Of a stretch of DNA of 64,000 bases, positions 1-9,333 are shown piece after piece; positions within the stretch are counted from its first letter, which is position 1, and every line of letters begins with the position of its first letter. The position numbers and the translations under genes are program-made. The DNA lies in the sequence record PP886230.1. One strand, 5' to 3'. The notes under the pieces are model-generated. The model made no database searches. It was not told where the DNA came from and worked only from the letters and a program-made list of their open reading frames with translations.

Positions 1-5
1 AGTAG

Positions 6-160
6 GCAGAGGAAGTCTGCCGTACTTTGTAGTTTCCAAGCTCCTTTTCCATTTTGTAAATTACATCAAATGTAATCAAAAGTAATCACGCAATGATTAG
101 TACTGAATTATTACTTTCACCTTAATTACAATTACCCTTTTACCCTTCGGGGTAAAATTC
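6..160. repeat. left-edge hairpins and short repeats
   Basis: GGCAGA-ggaag-TCTGCC at ~5-21; perfect TTTTACCC-TTCG-GGGTAAAA at ~138-157; repeated AATTACCC. Confidence 0.55.
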
Positions 161-400
161 AATTACCCCTTGAGGCTCCAGCAAAAAGTTGGTTAGTACT
201 CCATCCTAAATCTCGATCCTAAAAATTTTGGAGTACCTATGAAATAAAAGTTGGATCTTCGAAAGTTGAAATTTACGTTGGGACGTTTATGATTTGTGGG
301 ATATAATGATGTTTGTAGACGGGTAGTTCTCAAGAATATCAGTACTGAATGGTGAAAGAAAGTTATTGACATTATGATTCAGTACTGTATAATGTTTTAC

Positions 401-457
401 ATAGAGAGATGAGTTGCCGCAAACAATTCATTCACTCTACCTCCTGTCGTGAGACAG
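401..457 (+). ncRNA. candidate structured small RNA from the first promoter
   Basis: TTGACA(366)-16-TATAAT(388); long imperfect hairpin 402-439, then CTGTC-GTGA-GACAG (GNRA loop); no convincing ORF. Confidence 0.3.
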
Positions 458-795
458 TACAGAAAGATAGTTCCTCCAATGGGTGGTACATCTTTTTGAA
501 CCTCATATGAAAATTGTAATAACAGTACTGATATTAACAGAATGGTGTCAGTACTGATTTTAATCTAAAGCATTATGCCACCAGCACAAGCTGGTGGATT
601 CCCTCTAACAGTATTCAGTACTACATGATAGTCTTCATCCTCCTAGGGTAACATAGTGAGGGCTATGATGGCAGTACTGAATACTCCCTTTCAAAAGATA
701 GATCTATGGTATAGTACTGACGGATTTTGGGCGTAGTTACCCTGGATGGATTTTGGACGTAGATATGTCTAGCCCTCCAGAAGTCTGGAAGTAAA

Positions 796-901
796 GATGG
801 CTATCCATCTAGACGGCTAAACGGCTAGATTTCTGGATGGCTAGACGTTTGGACGGCTAAACGGCTAGATGGGTACACGTCTGGAAGTATAGACGGCTAA
901 A
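796..901. repeat. iteron-like RYGGCTAR repeat cluster (7 copies)
   Basis: GACGGCTAAACGGCTAGAT exact at 812-830 and 852-870, plus single units. Confidence 0.8.
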
Positions 902-1074
902 TCAAAATTTTATTTTGTTTTTCCAATAGTTCCCCTACCGCGTGGGGATAGTTTCCCCGCAGTATCTGAAGTTAGATTTTTCTGAATCTGGAATCATTAT
1001 CTTATAAACTGGGGGCAATGTCAACGGCCTGGCCGGATATTTTTAAAAATTTTTTCAGTACTGAATTTTGGGCG

Positions 1075-1115
1075 TAACTATGCACCCGATGGGCTTGAGT
1101 CTTTCTCGACTTGAT
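1075..1115 (-). ncRNA. CCC-ANN-GGGTG element
   Basis: motif 1083-1093 on minus strand behind TTGCTT-16-TATAAT (1149-1122). Confidence 0.4.
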
Positions 1116-1214
1116 GGAACTATTATACAGTACTGAAAAAATAAAGCAATACCCTGGAAGCAAAAAAGTTTTAATTAATTTGCTTGCTATCCTGGGCCGG
1201 ACTATGGTACTATA

Positions 1215-1270
1215 TTTCAGTACTGAGAAAGTGCGTTTACCTGCTAGGGTGCGGGAGTCTATCCTTTTTT
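1215..1270 (+). ncRNA. CCC-ANN-GGGTG element, degenerate copy
   Basis: CCTGCTAGGGTGCGGGAGTCTATCC; tail matches the 3180 copy. Confidence 0.25.
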
Positions 1271-1284
1271 TATATCTTGAATTT

Positions 1285-1330
1285 TGGACGGATCTTCCCA
1301 CCCCCTGGGGTATCCGCTTTCTCGCGTCTA
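1285..1330 (-). ncRNA. CCC-ANN-GGGTG element
   Basis: motif 1299-1309 on minus strand behind TTGACT-16-TATAAT (1365-1338). Confidence 0.4.
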
Positions 1331-1517
1331 TGTAGTAATTATACGCTTTTTCAGGATCAAGTCAATACCTAAAAACAAAATAATTGAAAATAATTTAACG
1401 CGTTTAAACGGCCCGTAACGCCCTGGATTGTTGGGAGTGGTGCAAATGTATAGCTTAGGTGTATTAATGCGTTAGAATGCGTCTGAGGCCGTTTTATGGG
1501 GTGTAGTAGTGATTTGG

Positions 1518-1610
1518 TTGATTCAGTACTGAATAATAGTACTCCTATATAGAAAGATAGTTCCCCTGGATTGATTCAGTACTGAATAATAGTACTCCTA
1601 TATAGAAAGA
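1518..1610. repeat. 40-bp direct repeat (2 copies, 53-bp period), two AGTACT sites per copy
   Basis: TTGATTCAGTACTGAATAATAGTACTCCTATATAGAAAGA at 1518-1557 and 1571-1610. Confidence 0.9.
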
Positions 1611-1724
1611 AAACTATTTTAAAAGTATTTGTAGAAAGTACTTGCACCGTACTGATAAAAGCGTATAATGTTTTACATCGAGAGCGGGAACACTTCCCGC
1701 TACACTTTAAGAGAGATTAATACG

Positions 1725-2087
1725 ATGGCAACTCAAATCACCAAAATTATTGCTAACCTGGTTAACTTCCGCGACGAGATGAAAGATCTTCCGGCGGCGA
1801 CGGTTAAAACTCACATTGACGCATACCGCGAACTGATTAAAATGCTGCCGCTTAAGCGTGAACAATACGCCGCTACCGTGATGCTTGATGCGATGATCCA
1901 TAAGATGATCGCCAGTGATTTGACGATGGTTTATCAGTATATGGGCGAAAATTTCGCGGTGTGTAGTAAGCCAGTACCAGGGATGGCAACAACTGAGGAA
2001 TTGCACGGCTTAAACTTAAAACAAGATGCATGGGATAATATGCCTCGTTTCCTGGTATGGGCTGACAGTGGCAAAATTTACAAATAA
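1725..2087 (+). CDS. hypothetical early protein
   Basis: promoter, hairpin and RBS; start moved from the promoter ATG at 1668. Confidence 0.8.
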   Translation: MATQITKIIANLVNFRDEMKDLPAATVKTHIDAYRELIKMLPLKREQYAATVMLDAMIHKMIASDLTMVYQYMGENFAVCSKPVPGMATTEELHGLNLKQDAWDNMPRFLVWADSGKIYK

Positions 2088-2182
2088 GTTTAATAAAGTA
2101 CTTGCAAACTATGTTTAATGGCGTATAATGTTTTACATCAGGTGGGGAATAGTTCCCCACTATATAAGAGGATTAAAAAAAA

Positions 2183-2422
2183 ATGGCTAAATCAAAAATG
2201 TTCTTAGGTCACAAAAACAAAACTCATTGGAATGTAAGCCTGTGGATTAATAACGATGAGGGATTGTATCGGTTGGCCCTGGACTTTATTGCCGCCAATA
2301 CTAATCGCAATGATGCGGCCCGTCATATGATGTTATTTTTAGAACAGACTGGACAAGATAAAACACCGGACGGATTCAAATATAGCACTACTGCGATCCG
2401 TGCGGCGATGGTTGGAATGTAA
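2183..2422 (+). CDS. phage hypothetical protein (WNVSLWINNDEGLY motif)
   Basis: own promoter and RBS. Confidence 0.8.
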   Translation: MAKSKMFLGHKNKTHWNVSLWINNDEGLYRLALDFIAANTNRNDAARHMMLFLEQTGQDKTPDGFKYSTTAIRAAMVGM

Positions 2423-2510
2423 TAGAATAGAATTTATTTAAAGTACTATTGCACGGGGATAGTACTTTATAATAGTGTTTTATTCATACACCAACGATAA
2501 GGGCAACAGC

Positions 2511-2777
2511 ATGAATATTAAGTATTTTGCGACGCGTGAACAAGCTCGGATCGCCGCTCGCCAGGACGGGGCAACGTTTAAAGATATGGGCGTACAATCG
2601 GAACGTGGTAAACGTTGGGCCATTGTAAAGCGTAGTACCGCCAGATCATTACAGTACTGGTTAGCGGCCTTAAAAAGTCCCGATAGTGTATCGCGTCGAG
2701 TGGTAGAAATAAAGCTCGACCGAAAGGGCAACCGCGTGACCGTGTACCGTACTAAAAAGATTGCAGTACTTGAATAA
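2511..2777 (+). CDS. hypothetical protein, paralog of 14728
   Basis: shared ATRE..AR, TFKDMG, DRKGNRVTVY. Confidence 0.8.
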   Translation: MNIKYFATREQARIAARQDGATFKDMGVQSERGKRWAIVKRSTARSLQYWLAALKSPDSVSRRVVEIKLDRKGNRVTVYRTKKIAVLE

Positions 2778-2864
2778 AAAGTACTTGCAAACTATGTTTA
2801 AAGGCGTATAATGTTTTACATCGAGAGCGGGAACTCTTCCCGCCTATAACCTGGAGTAATAAAA

Positions 2865-3095
2865 ATGACTAATATGTATATGACTGAAGTTAAAACCGTA
2901 AAAGATACTACCACGAATAAAACTACTTACTTACAGCGGATCTGTGGTGTATGGCAACGTATCAGCAAATCAAAGTACTTTAAATTAACATCATATGCAA
3001 ACCGTTCTGATTCATTCAGTACTGAAATAAAAGGTAATAAAGTACACCAATACGGCACTTATTATTATTACAGCCTGGACGCGATTGCAGTATAA
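2865..3095 (+). CDS. hypothetical early protein
   Basis: promoter cassette, GGAG RBS. Confidence 0.8.
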   Translation: MTNMYMTEVKTVKDTTTNKTTYLQRICGVWQRISKSKYFKLTSYANRSDSFSTEIKGNKVHQYGTYYYYSLDAIAV

Positions 3096-3159
3096 GCAGT
3101 TTACAAATCTTTACAATTGCCGGTATTGACTTATTTTGTCAGTACTGGCATAATGTATT

Positions 3160-3205
3160 CATTGGCAGATAAGCCGTAGCCCATAGGGTGCGGGAGTGTA
3201 TCTAT
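3160..3205 (+). ncRNA. CCC-ANN-GGGTG element
   Basis: motif 3180-3190 behind TTGACT-17-CATAAT (3126-3154). Confidence 0.45.
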
Positions 3206-3224
3206 AGAAAAATTAGTTTAGTAT

Positions 3225-3265
3225 AGTTACAATTGTGCACCCGGTGGGTTAGCTGTTGTCATGGG
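3225..3265 (-). ncRNA. CCC-ANN-GGGTG element
   Basis: motif 3238-3248 on minus strand behind TTGACA-17-CATAAT (3298-3270). Confidence 0.45.
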
Positions 3266-3379
3266 GTATATTATGCCAGTACTTGATAATGCTGTCAATA
3301 CTTTTTTTTACTATCCAGTACAGAAAACTATTTTTAAAAAGTACTTGCAAACTATGTTTAAAGGCGTATAATGTTTTAC

Positions 3380-3455
3380 ATCAGGACGGGGGAACGAAAT
3401 AAGTAACTTCCCGTTAAGTAGCCCAGGAGTAAGGCACACGAAAAACTCCCCTGAT
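3380..3455 (+). ncRNA. ~75-nt closed structured RNA candidate, copy 1
   Basis: own promoter; ATCAGG/CCTGAT closing stem; immediately followed by the next promoter. Confidence 0.5.
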
Positions 3456-3523
3456 AAAATAGTTTGACAAATGTTTTTAAAAGCGTATAATACTTACATC
3501 AACTACTGAATGAGGGTTACAAA

Positions 3524-4135
3524 ATGAAAACTATCACTACTACTACTTTCGTTATGGATTTTTCTGAATTGAACGCAGAACAAAAAACGTCAGCTATCGA
3601 ACTGGTTCGGGAACGTGAAAAAAACTCAAACGACAATTATTTTTCTGAAAGTGAAATTGAATACTATAAAGAAACAGTACTACCGGAATATGGCATTAAT
3701 GACGCTGAAATACAATTCAGTGGCTTTTGGTCCCAGGGTGACGGTGCATCAATCAGTACTGACCACGTTGACGCAGTGAAGTTTTTACGCAAGGTAAGAG
3801 CATTAACTAAGTATCGCTCAATCCGTCACTTGCTGAATGAAGATGATTTGGCGATGAGTGTAAAGCGTTCGCACTCCCACTACTCGCATGAGAATACTGT
3901 AAGCGGGTACATTGAATCGGCTTACACTGATTTAACCGCAAAACAAGAAACGTTAGTTAATGAGCTTGAGGAACTACTCACTGATACTATTCGTGAATTG
4001 TCCCGCAAGTTGTACCGTGATTTAGAGAATGCATATGAGGATCAATTCACTACTGAAAACATTACGGCACTGATTGAGGGTAACGAGTATCAATTCAATG
4101 TTATTGATGGCGTAGTGGAATCAATCGAATATTAA
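3524..4135 (+). CDS. phage/mobile-element hypothetical protein (FSGFWSQGDGA motif)
   Basis: motif recalled from MGE proteins often loosely annotated as antitoxin; function unknown. Confidence 0.75.
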   Translation: MKTITTTTFVMDFSELNAEQKTSAIELVREREKNSNDNYFSESEIEYYKETVLPEYGINDAEIQFSGFWSQGDGASISTDHVDAVKFLRKVRALTKYRSIRHLLNEDDLAMSVKRSHSHYSHENTVSGYIESAYTDLTAKQETLVNELEELLTDTIRELSRKLYRDLENAYEDQFTTENITALIEGNEYQFNVIDGVVESIEY

Positions 4136-4227
4136 TTTAAAAAGTACTTGCAAACTAAGTTTAAAAGCGTATAATACTTTATATCGAGAGCGGGAATAGT
4201 TCCCGCTACTAATGAGGAATACTACAA

Positions 4228-4392
4228 ATGAATACTTTTACCTTCGCTCAATTGAACGCCCTGGATGTATTGTCTGATGCTTTGCGGGATGCAACTGAAA
4301 GCGGTTTATTTGACAATGTTGACATTCACCCTGATGTAATTAATAATTTTTGTGATGCTATCGCAGAAGTACTGGAAGATCTAAAAAAATAA
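4228..4392 (+). CDS. small hypothetical protein (54 aa)
   Basis: promoter cassette and GAGG RBS; below ORF-track cutoff. Confidence 0.7.
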   Translation: MNTFTFAQLNALDVLSDALRDATESGLFDNVDIHPDVINNFCDAIAEVLEDLKK

Positions 4393-4480
4393 TAGAAAGT
4401 ACTTGCAATTAGTTTTTAGTACTGTATAATGTTTTACATAGAGGGGAGAAATGGTTCTCCCTGGTAATGAGGAAAATACA

Positions 4481-4702
4481 ATGGCTAATATCACTACTCT
4501 TTCCCAACTGGAAGCACTGGTTAAATCTATGCGGGAACATGCCGACAATATCGGCGTAAAAGATCCAGCCGTTTGCTTCTGCGACGAATTGAATGATGAT
4601 ACCCTGGTAATAGCAGAAGTCCAGGACGTTTCTAACTATTCCTCGCGTTACACTGGCGGCGTAGCAAATAAAGGTGACTTCTGTTTATACCTTACCAAAT
4701 AA
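4481..4702 (+). CDS. hypothetical early protein
   Basis: promoter cassette, RBS, terminator-like hairpin after. Confidence 0.8.
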   Translation: MANITTLSQLEALVKSMREHADNIGVKDPAVCFCDELNDDTLVIAEVQDVSNYSSRYTGGVANKGDFCLYLTK

Positions 4703-4754
4703 CAACGCGGGGAGATAATAACTCCCCGTTACTTTTTCAGTACTGAATCATTTA

Positions 4755-4803
4755 ATAGACGGATCTCGGCACCCGGTGGGTTAGTGACTGTTTCGTCTTG
4801 ATG
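4755..4803 (-). ncRNA. CCC-ANN-GGGTG element
   Basis: motif 4770-4780 on minus strand behind TTGACA-17-CATAAT (4837-4809). Confidence 0.45.
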
Positions 4804-4945
4804 TAGTAATTATGCCAGTACTGGATGCACTTGTCAACAACTATTTTTCAAATACTTTTTATTAAAATACTTGCTAATAGTTTTTAAACGCGTATAATGT
4901 TTTGCATAGGGGGAGCGGTTCCCCTGGTAACTAAGGAATAATAAA

Positions 4946-5182
4946 ATGCTTGAACAAATCAAATCAACGTCTGCGAATGTAACGGGAACGGTTGTACACT
5001 TTACTAGTGATGAATCGCGGGGCGTTCCCTATTGTGCTGTACATGTAAACACTGATGGCAACTACTGGTTTACGGTTTACGGATCATATTCATTTGGACG
5101 ACCAGGGCATCAAAAAATTCTGGATAAAGTACAGCCAACGGGTAAAAATATCACGGCTGAAATGTTTTATAAAAAATCATAA
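4946..5182 (+). CDS. hypothetical early protein
   Basis: promoter cassette and RBS. Confidence 0.8.
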   Translation: MLEQIKSTSANVTGTVVHFTSDESRGVPYCAVHVNTDGNYWFTVYGSYSFGRPGHQKILDKVQPTGKNITAEMFYKKS

Positions 5183-5267
5183 AGTACTTGATAATAGTTT
5201 TTAGTACTGTATAATATTTTACATCGCAAGGGGGTAATGGTTCCCCCTGGTAACTAAGGATAATCAA

Positions 5268-5567
5268 ATGAAAGTTGCATTCATCGCCCTGGCTTTATCT
5301 GTTTCCTCTTTTGCTGTTAATGCGTCGTTAGATGTAAGTAGTGAAAAATTCATTCAGTGCACTGTAGCAATGACAGATGAAAGTACTGGCGAGATTGTAT
5401 TAAAGGATCTGGAGATTCAGCCGGAAGCATTTAAAAACGGCCCGTTCCATGAAGAAGACGAAAACGGTAGCACAACAATTTATTATGATGCCAGTACTAA
5501 ACGCGGGTCGGTCACTGTTATGGATACTGAGAAAGTAACTCATACTGGCGTTATTAATTGCCGTTGA
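5268..5567 (+). CDS. exported protein with Sec-type signal peptide
   Basis: MKVAFIALALSVSSFAVNA (K, hydrophobic core, AxA). Confidence 0.7.
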   Translation: MKVAFIALALSVSSFAVNASLDVSSEKFIQCTVAMTDESTGEIVLKDLEIQPEAFKNGPFHEEDENGSTTIYYDASTKRGSVTVMDTEKVTHTGVINCR

Positions 5568-5588
5568 TAGATACTACGGGGTAACATC

Positions 5589-5819
5589 ATGACTAAGCGA
5601 ATTGTTTTACTTAACGAAAGCAGTACTACACAACTACTTAACGCCGTGCATTATGATATTGAAACGAGCGTTAATCTTATCAGTACTGTAGTACTGTTGG
5701 ACACTGGAAAGGTCGCCAATGATAAAGCGATTGCAGGTATACTAACGGATCTTGAGCCTGGTAGCAGTGCACCAATAACGTTAAATGGTAAAGTGTTTAA
5801 TATTTTACTCACTGATTAA
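5589..5819 (+). CDS. hypothetical protein
   Basis: RBS; followed by terminator. Confidence 0.75.
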   Translation: MTKRIVLLNESSTTQLLNAVHYDIETSVNLISTVVLLDTGKVANDKAIAGILTDLEPGSSAPITLNGKVFNILLTD

Positions 5820-5825
5820 GTACAT

Positions 5826-5847
5826 AGCCCACCTGGTGGGCTTTTTT
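5826..5847 (+). terminator. intrinsic terminator
   Basis: AGCCCAC-CTG-GTGGGCT-TTTTT. Confidence 0.85.
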
Positions 5848-5936
5848 GTTTTTGTAGTATCGTAGTACTGAGATACTTTGAAAATAGTTTTAAAAAAGTA
5901 GTTGACATTACCGCAGAAAAGCGTAGAATGTATTAC

Positions 5937-6009
5937 ATCAAGACGGGGAGCACTAAGTAGACCGCCAGTAAGTCGAACGAAAAACTGGACACGTCGAGAA
6001 AACTTTGAT
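5937..6009 (+). ncRNA. diverged third copy of the structured RNA, or leader of the H-NS-like gene
   Basis: ATCAA/TTGAT closing stem; shares ACGGGG, TAAGTAG, CGAAAA. Confidence 0.3.
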
Positions 6010-6050
6010 ACACTAATAAACGTAAACTAAACTTTAATTGAGGATTTATA

Positions 6051-6533
6051 ATGGCTAATGTAAAATCATTCATCAAAGCACTGGTAGCAAATGAAACTAA
6101 CGTCGCGGCTGAGATCCTGGCTGAACTGGATAACGATACCATGAAAGCGGTACGCAATAATTTTAACATCGCGTACAGTACTGCGAAAGAACTACAAGCA
6201 AATAAAGCGGCAGAAATTGAAGCGGCAAAGGCGGCCCGTGAAGCAGAACTACAAGCAACAATCGAAAGTATCCAGGCGGCGGTGTCTGGATTGGATCTGG
6301 AAGTGGTTGTGGAAATGGCACATAAAGCCCTGGCGGTTAAGTATGGTGAAGATAAGCCAGAATCTAAACCCAAAAAATGGATTCAGGAACGCGTAGCGGT
6401 AGTACTGGACAACGGGGAAGAATATCTGATTCCGGTGCGTGGTAACTGTATTGCGGTAGTACTGGACGCTATCAAAGAAAGCGGTATGACTCGCGAGGAA
6501 TGGATCGAAGCTCATCGCAAAGTTGAAGCATAA
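6051..6533 (+). CDS. H-NS/StpA-like protein with altered DNA-binding motif
   Basis: Ala/Glu coiled coil, basic linker, C-terminal VLDNGEEYLIPVRGNCIAVVLDAIKESGMTREEW aligns by eye with H-NS [34 protein letters not shown]. Confidence 0.55.
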   Translation: MANVKSFIKALVANETNVAAEILAELDNDTMKAVRNNFNIAYSTAKELQANKAAEIEAAKAAREAELQATIESIQAAVSGLDLEVVVEMAHKALAVKYGEDKPESKPKKWIQERVAVVLDNGEEYLIPVRGNCIAVVLDAIKESGMTREEWIEAHRKVEA

Positions 6534-6554
6534 CAATTAAAGTACTGAATCACT

Positions 6555-6580
6555 AGCCCACTGTATAAGTGGGCTTTTTT
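6555..6580 (+). terminator. intrinsic terminator
   Basis: AGCCCAC-TGTATAA-GTGGGCT-TTTTT. Confidence 0.85.
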
Positions 6581-6817
6581 GTGTTTATCGTTTACCAGGC
6601 CACCAGCACCGCCTAGAAACGATTCTAACGCATTAAACGGATTATCTGATGCATTGCCCTAGCTGGTGGCGTTAAGGCTGTAAGAACGCGATTGAGAGCG
6701 TTTAAAGTATTTTGCAAAAAGTAATAAAAAGTACTTGAACGATTAAGAGATTAGCGTATAATGTTTTACATCGAGAGGGGGAAACGGTTCTCCTTCCAAA
6801 TCAAAGGAATCAAAACA

Positions 6818-7045
6818 ATGGCTATTATCATTACTCGCGTATCTGGTACTACTGGCAACGAACAAGTAGTTGCAGTCATTACGAACAAGGCAGGTGCGGA
6901 ATTGCAAAATGCAATGAATACCTGGGCCGTTAATGAGTTCGGTCAGTGGGCAAGTGTAGCATACATTGAAACCTATCAAGTGCCGTCGATTAGTTTAACT
7001 GATTTGGGCGTTGAGCGTATCCTTTGCCTTGATGAATTAAATTAA
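6818..7045 (+). CDS. hypothetical early protein
   Basis: promoter cassette; start moved from 6761. Confidence 0.8.
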   Translation: MAIIITRVSGTTGNEQVVAVITNKAGAELQNAMNTWAVNEFGQWASVAYIETYQVPSISLTDLGVERILCLDELN

Positions 7046-7130
7046 AAAAGTACTTGCAAAGTAAATCGAATAAAGTATAATACATTACATCAAGGGGAGA
7101 AATGGTTCTCCCCACTACAAGGAAACTAAA

Positions 7131-7343
7131 ATGGCTATCATTACTAAAATCAAAGTTAGTAAATCACTGGTTAAACTTGAAGAAGTGAAAGAAGGTTATA
7201 AAGTATCTTGGTGCGGTATGTATCGGACGTTCGCAGATATAGATGATGCGATCAATTATTACACTGACACGGTTAAAAACTTTGTTCGTGCTGATGTGGT
7301 TATGGCAGTGGCAACATATAAAGCATCAAAAGAAAGTAAGTAA
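7131..7343 (+). CDS. hypothetical protein, weakly similar to 10287 and 11198
   Basis: Y.VS.G....T.....A..YY pattern. Confidence 0.75.
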   Translation: MAIITKIKVSKSLVKLEEVKEGYKVSWCGMYRTFADIDDAINYYTDTVKNFVRADVVMAVATYKASKESK

Positions 7344-7424
7344 AAATATTATCACAGTACTATTGACATAGTTTGATAGTACTGGCATAATAACTTTTAT
7401 CAAGACAACTAAGAGGAAATTAAA

Positions 7425-7769
7425 ATGGCTAACATCAATACTATAGCAGCACAAAATATCAACCTGTCTTCTGTTGAAGTTGTACATATTGCCGCTCGGC
7501 GTTGGTTCCAGGCTTCATATGGTAACACTTATTTCTCTTTAAGTGTAGACGTAGAAATTGATGGTAATTTTATTGAAGTAGTAAACGTGCCGTTCCAATA
7601 TGGATACGGGGATCATTTTGACACTGTAGCAATGGAAGAATTTAGCAAGGTTATTAATATGGAAGGTAAAGAGTTTTTACGCGGTTCTTATCTTTCCCGT
7701 TTTTGCCGTGATAATAATATCACTGTTTATAGTTCTGTTAGTGATGTTAAACGCAAAAAAGATCTTTAA
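7425..7769 (+). CDS. hypothetical protein, paralog of 14309
   Basis: shared RW...GNTY.S, F.YGYG, DVKRKKD. Confidence 0.8.
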   Translation: MANINTIAAQNINLSSVEVVHIAARRWFQASYGNTYFSLSVDVEIDGNFIEVVNVPFQYGYGDHFDTVAMEEFSKVINMEGKEFLRGSYLSRFCRDNNITVYSSVSDVKRKKDL

Positions 7770-7849
7770 TTAGCTTTACTTTATGCAGATACTTTGATAT
7801 AGTGTCTGCATAGGGGAAAGAAATTAAATTAACTTAAGAGGATAGTATA

Positions 7850-8119
7850 ATGAAAAATATCAGTACTTTAATCGATGCAGGTACTCATGTTCGTCGGTCT
7901 ATGGTTGCAACCAGTACTACAAAACAAGTAGCGAGCGGTTATCTTGTATTTGTGCACGATGGTAAACTCCTGGAACGTTCAATCAATTTTGATGTTAAAA
8001 ACAATTGCCGTTTTATTATCTTTAAGCGTGAGCAATATAAAATTGATTTACCAGCAAAGCCCATTAGTGGGGCGTACAACGTGCAATCATTGTTTGAACG
8101 TCAACCATACACCTATTAA
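7850..8119 (+). CDS. hypothetical protein
   Basis: GAGG RBS. Confidence 0.75.
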   Translation: MKNISTLIDAGTHVRRSMVATSTTKQVASGYLVFVHDGKLLERSINFDVKNNCRFIIFKREQYKIDLPAKPISGAYNVQSLFERQPYTY

Positions 8120-8170
8120 TCAAAACATCGTTAGCGGTCGATTCAGGCCGCTTATATTGGGGATTATACC

Positions 8171-8443
8171 ATGAACGTTAATCAAGTACTGAATGAGATC
8201 GAAAGCATCATTAAACCGATGAAGCGTACTGATGCTATGTTAACACCGGAAGAATGCCGCCTTTATGAGCGTTACAGCGTCGAACAAGTCCAGGCAATGG
8301 CTATGGCTACCCCAGCCGTTAAACCGCCTGAGAATGCGTTACAGGACGTTACAGGGGATTATATCATCAATCCAGTACTAGGGAAGATGGCTGCAATCAC
8401 CGAAGATCAACAAGACTACTTAAGCCAGTACTTAAAAGGTTAA
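8171..8443 (+). CDS. hypothetical protein
   Basis: RBS, in series. Confidence 0.7.
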   Translation: MNVNQVLNEIESIIKPMKRTDAMLTPEECRLYERYSVEQVQAMAMATPAVKPPENALQDVTGDYIINPVLGKMAAITEDQQDYLSQYLKG

Positions 8444-8448
8444 TTAAT

Positions 8449-8658
8449 ATGCTTACTGTACAGGATAAGATCGACATCTTAAAGGTTAATATGTATGTGA
8501 TTGATGCAGAACCTGGTAAAGTATTTGCATACGATGATAGTACTGTAAGCGATTTCTACTATAGCCAGGCCGTGGGGGATCTTTCTGTACAGTCGGTTAT
8601 TGAAAACGTAGTTAATGCAGCGTATGAGCATTTACTTTCAAATAGTACTTGCAATTAG
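8449..8658 (+). CDS. hypothetical protein
   Basis: in series with upstream gene. Confidence 0.7.
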   Translation: MLTVQDKIDILKVNMYVIDAEPGKVFAYDDSTVSDFYYSQAVGDLSVQSVIENVVNAAYEHLLSNSTCN

Positions 8659-8728
8659 TTTTTAAACGCGTATAATGTTTTACATCGAGAGCGGGAATAG
8701 TTCCCGCCTCACTTTTAAGGAATATGAA

Positions 8729-8875
8729 ATGAAAGCATCAAAAAAGAGTACTAACAAGAAAGCACGTTCAACCTTAGATGGGGTATTCCCTTTACGTTTC
8801 GTTGATGAAGTGGTTTCCTACCCGCCTGGCCTTACTCCTGAGATGGTAGAAAGTTTGCGTAAATCTAAAAAATAG
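8729..8875 (+). CDS. small basic hypothetical protein
   Basis: promoter cassette; start moved from 8675. Confidence 0.7.
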   Translation: MKASKKSTNKKARSTLDGVFPLRFVDEVVSYPPGLTPEMVESLRKSKK

Positions 8876-8956
8876 TACTTGCAATTAGTTTTTAGTACTG
8901 TATAATGTTTTACATGAAGGGGAGAAATGATTCTCCCCAATAACAGGAGAAACAAA

Positions 8957-9109
8957 ATGAAACAATACAACGCTCGGTTTGATGTTACTATCGGTAACGG
9001 CAAAGGTCAATTCTCTTTCAGTACTCGCCGCAGTTATACAGAAAACTTCCTGCGTAATTGTGCATTGACCGCCGCTCAAATTAAACATTATTTTCAGGCT
9101 AAAAAATGA
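8957..9109 (+). CDS. small hypothetical protein
   Basis: promoter cassette, AGGAG RBS. Confidence 0.7.
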   Translation: MKQYNARFDVTIGNGKGQFSFSTRRSYTENFLRNCALTAAQIKHYFQAKK

Positions 9110-9195
9110 GATCATTAGCTTATTACAGTTCGGCCCTGGTCGGTGCATTGATCGCGGCGTTGTTAGTAACCTATCTATTCTTTATGGTGATTTAA
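9106..9195 (+). CDS. 29-aa membrane peptide
   Basis: ATGA-coupled; ALVGALIAALLVTYLFFMVI. Confidence 0.5.
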   Translation: MRSLAYYSSALVGALIAALLVTYLFFMVI

Positions 9196-9333
9196 ATGAA
9201 TCCTAACGGTATAATTTACAGTACTCCTAAAACGAAAGCAGACAAGGTAAACGCTAAAAAAGCGAAAGTAAAGGAGTACATCAAACAAGGAATGACACGA
9301 AAGGCGGCGATTCTAAAAGCTAAAAATAAATGA
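9196..9333 (+). CDS. 45-aa lysine-rich peptide
   Basis: adjoins upstream ORF; ends before terminator hairpin. Confidence 0.55.
   Translation: MNPNGIIYSTPKTKADKVNAKKAKVKEYIKQGMTRKAAILKAKNK

Noticed and set aside
925-962. GTTCCCC-N8-GGGGATA resembling a type I-E CRISPR repeat (possible RNA anti-CRISPR)
   Set aside because: Single copy, inner stem pairs do not match the I-E register, no clear promoter, and ATAGTTCCCC is already part of the phage's own leader-hairpin vocabulary.
3380-3455. Structured RNA as a hammerhead or pistol ribozyme
   Set aside because: Lacks the CUGANGA core and the pistol P1-loop pseudoknot.
3524-4135. Calling this gene an antitoxin
   Set aside because: The label is a loose database annotation recalled for the motif; there is no cognate toxin gene or other supporting evidence here.
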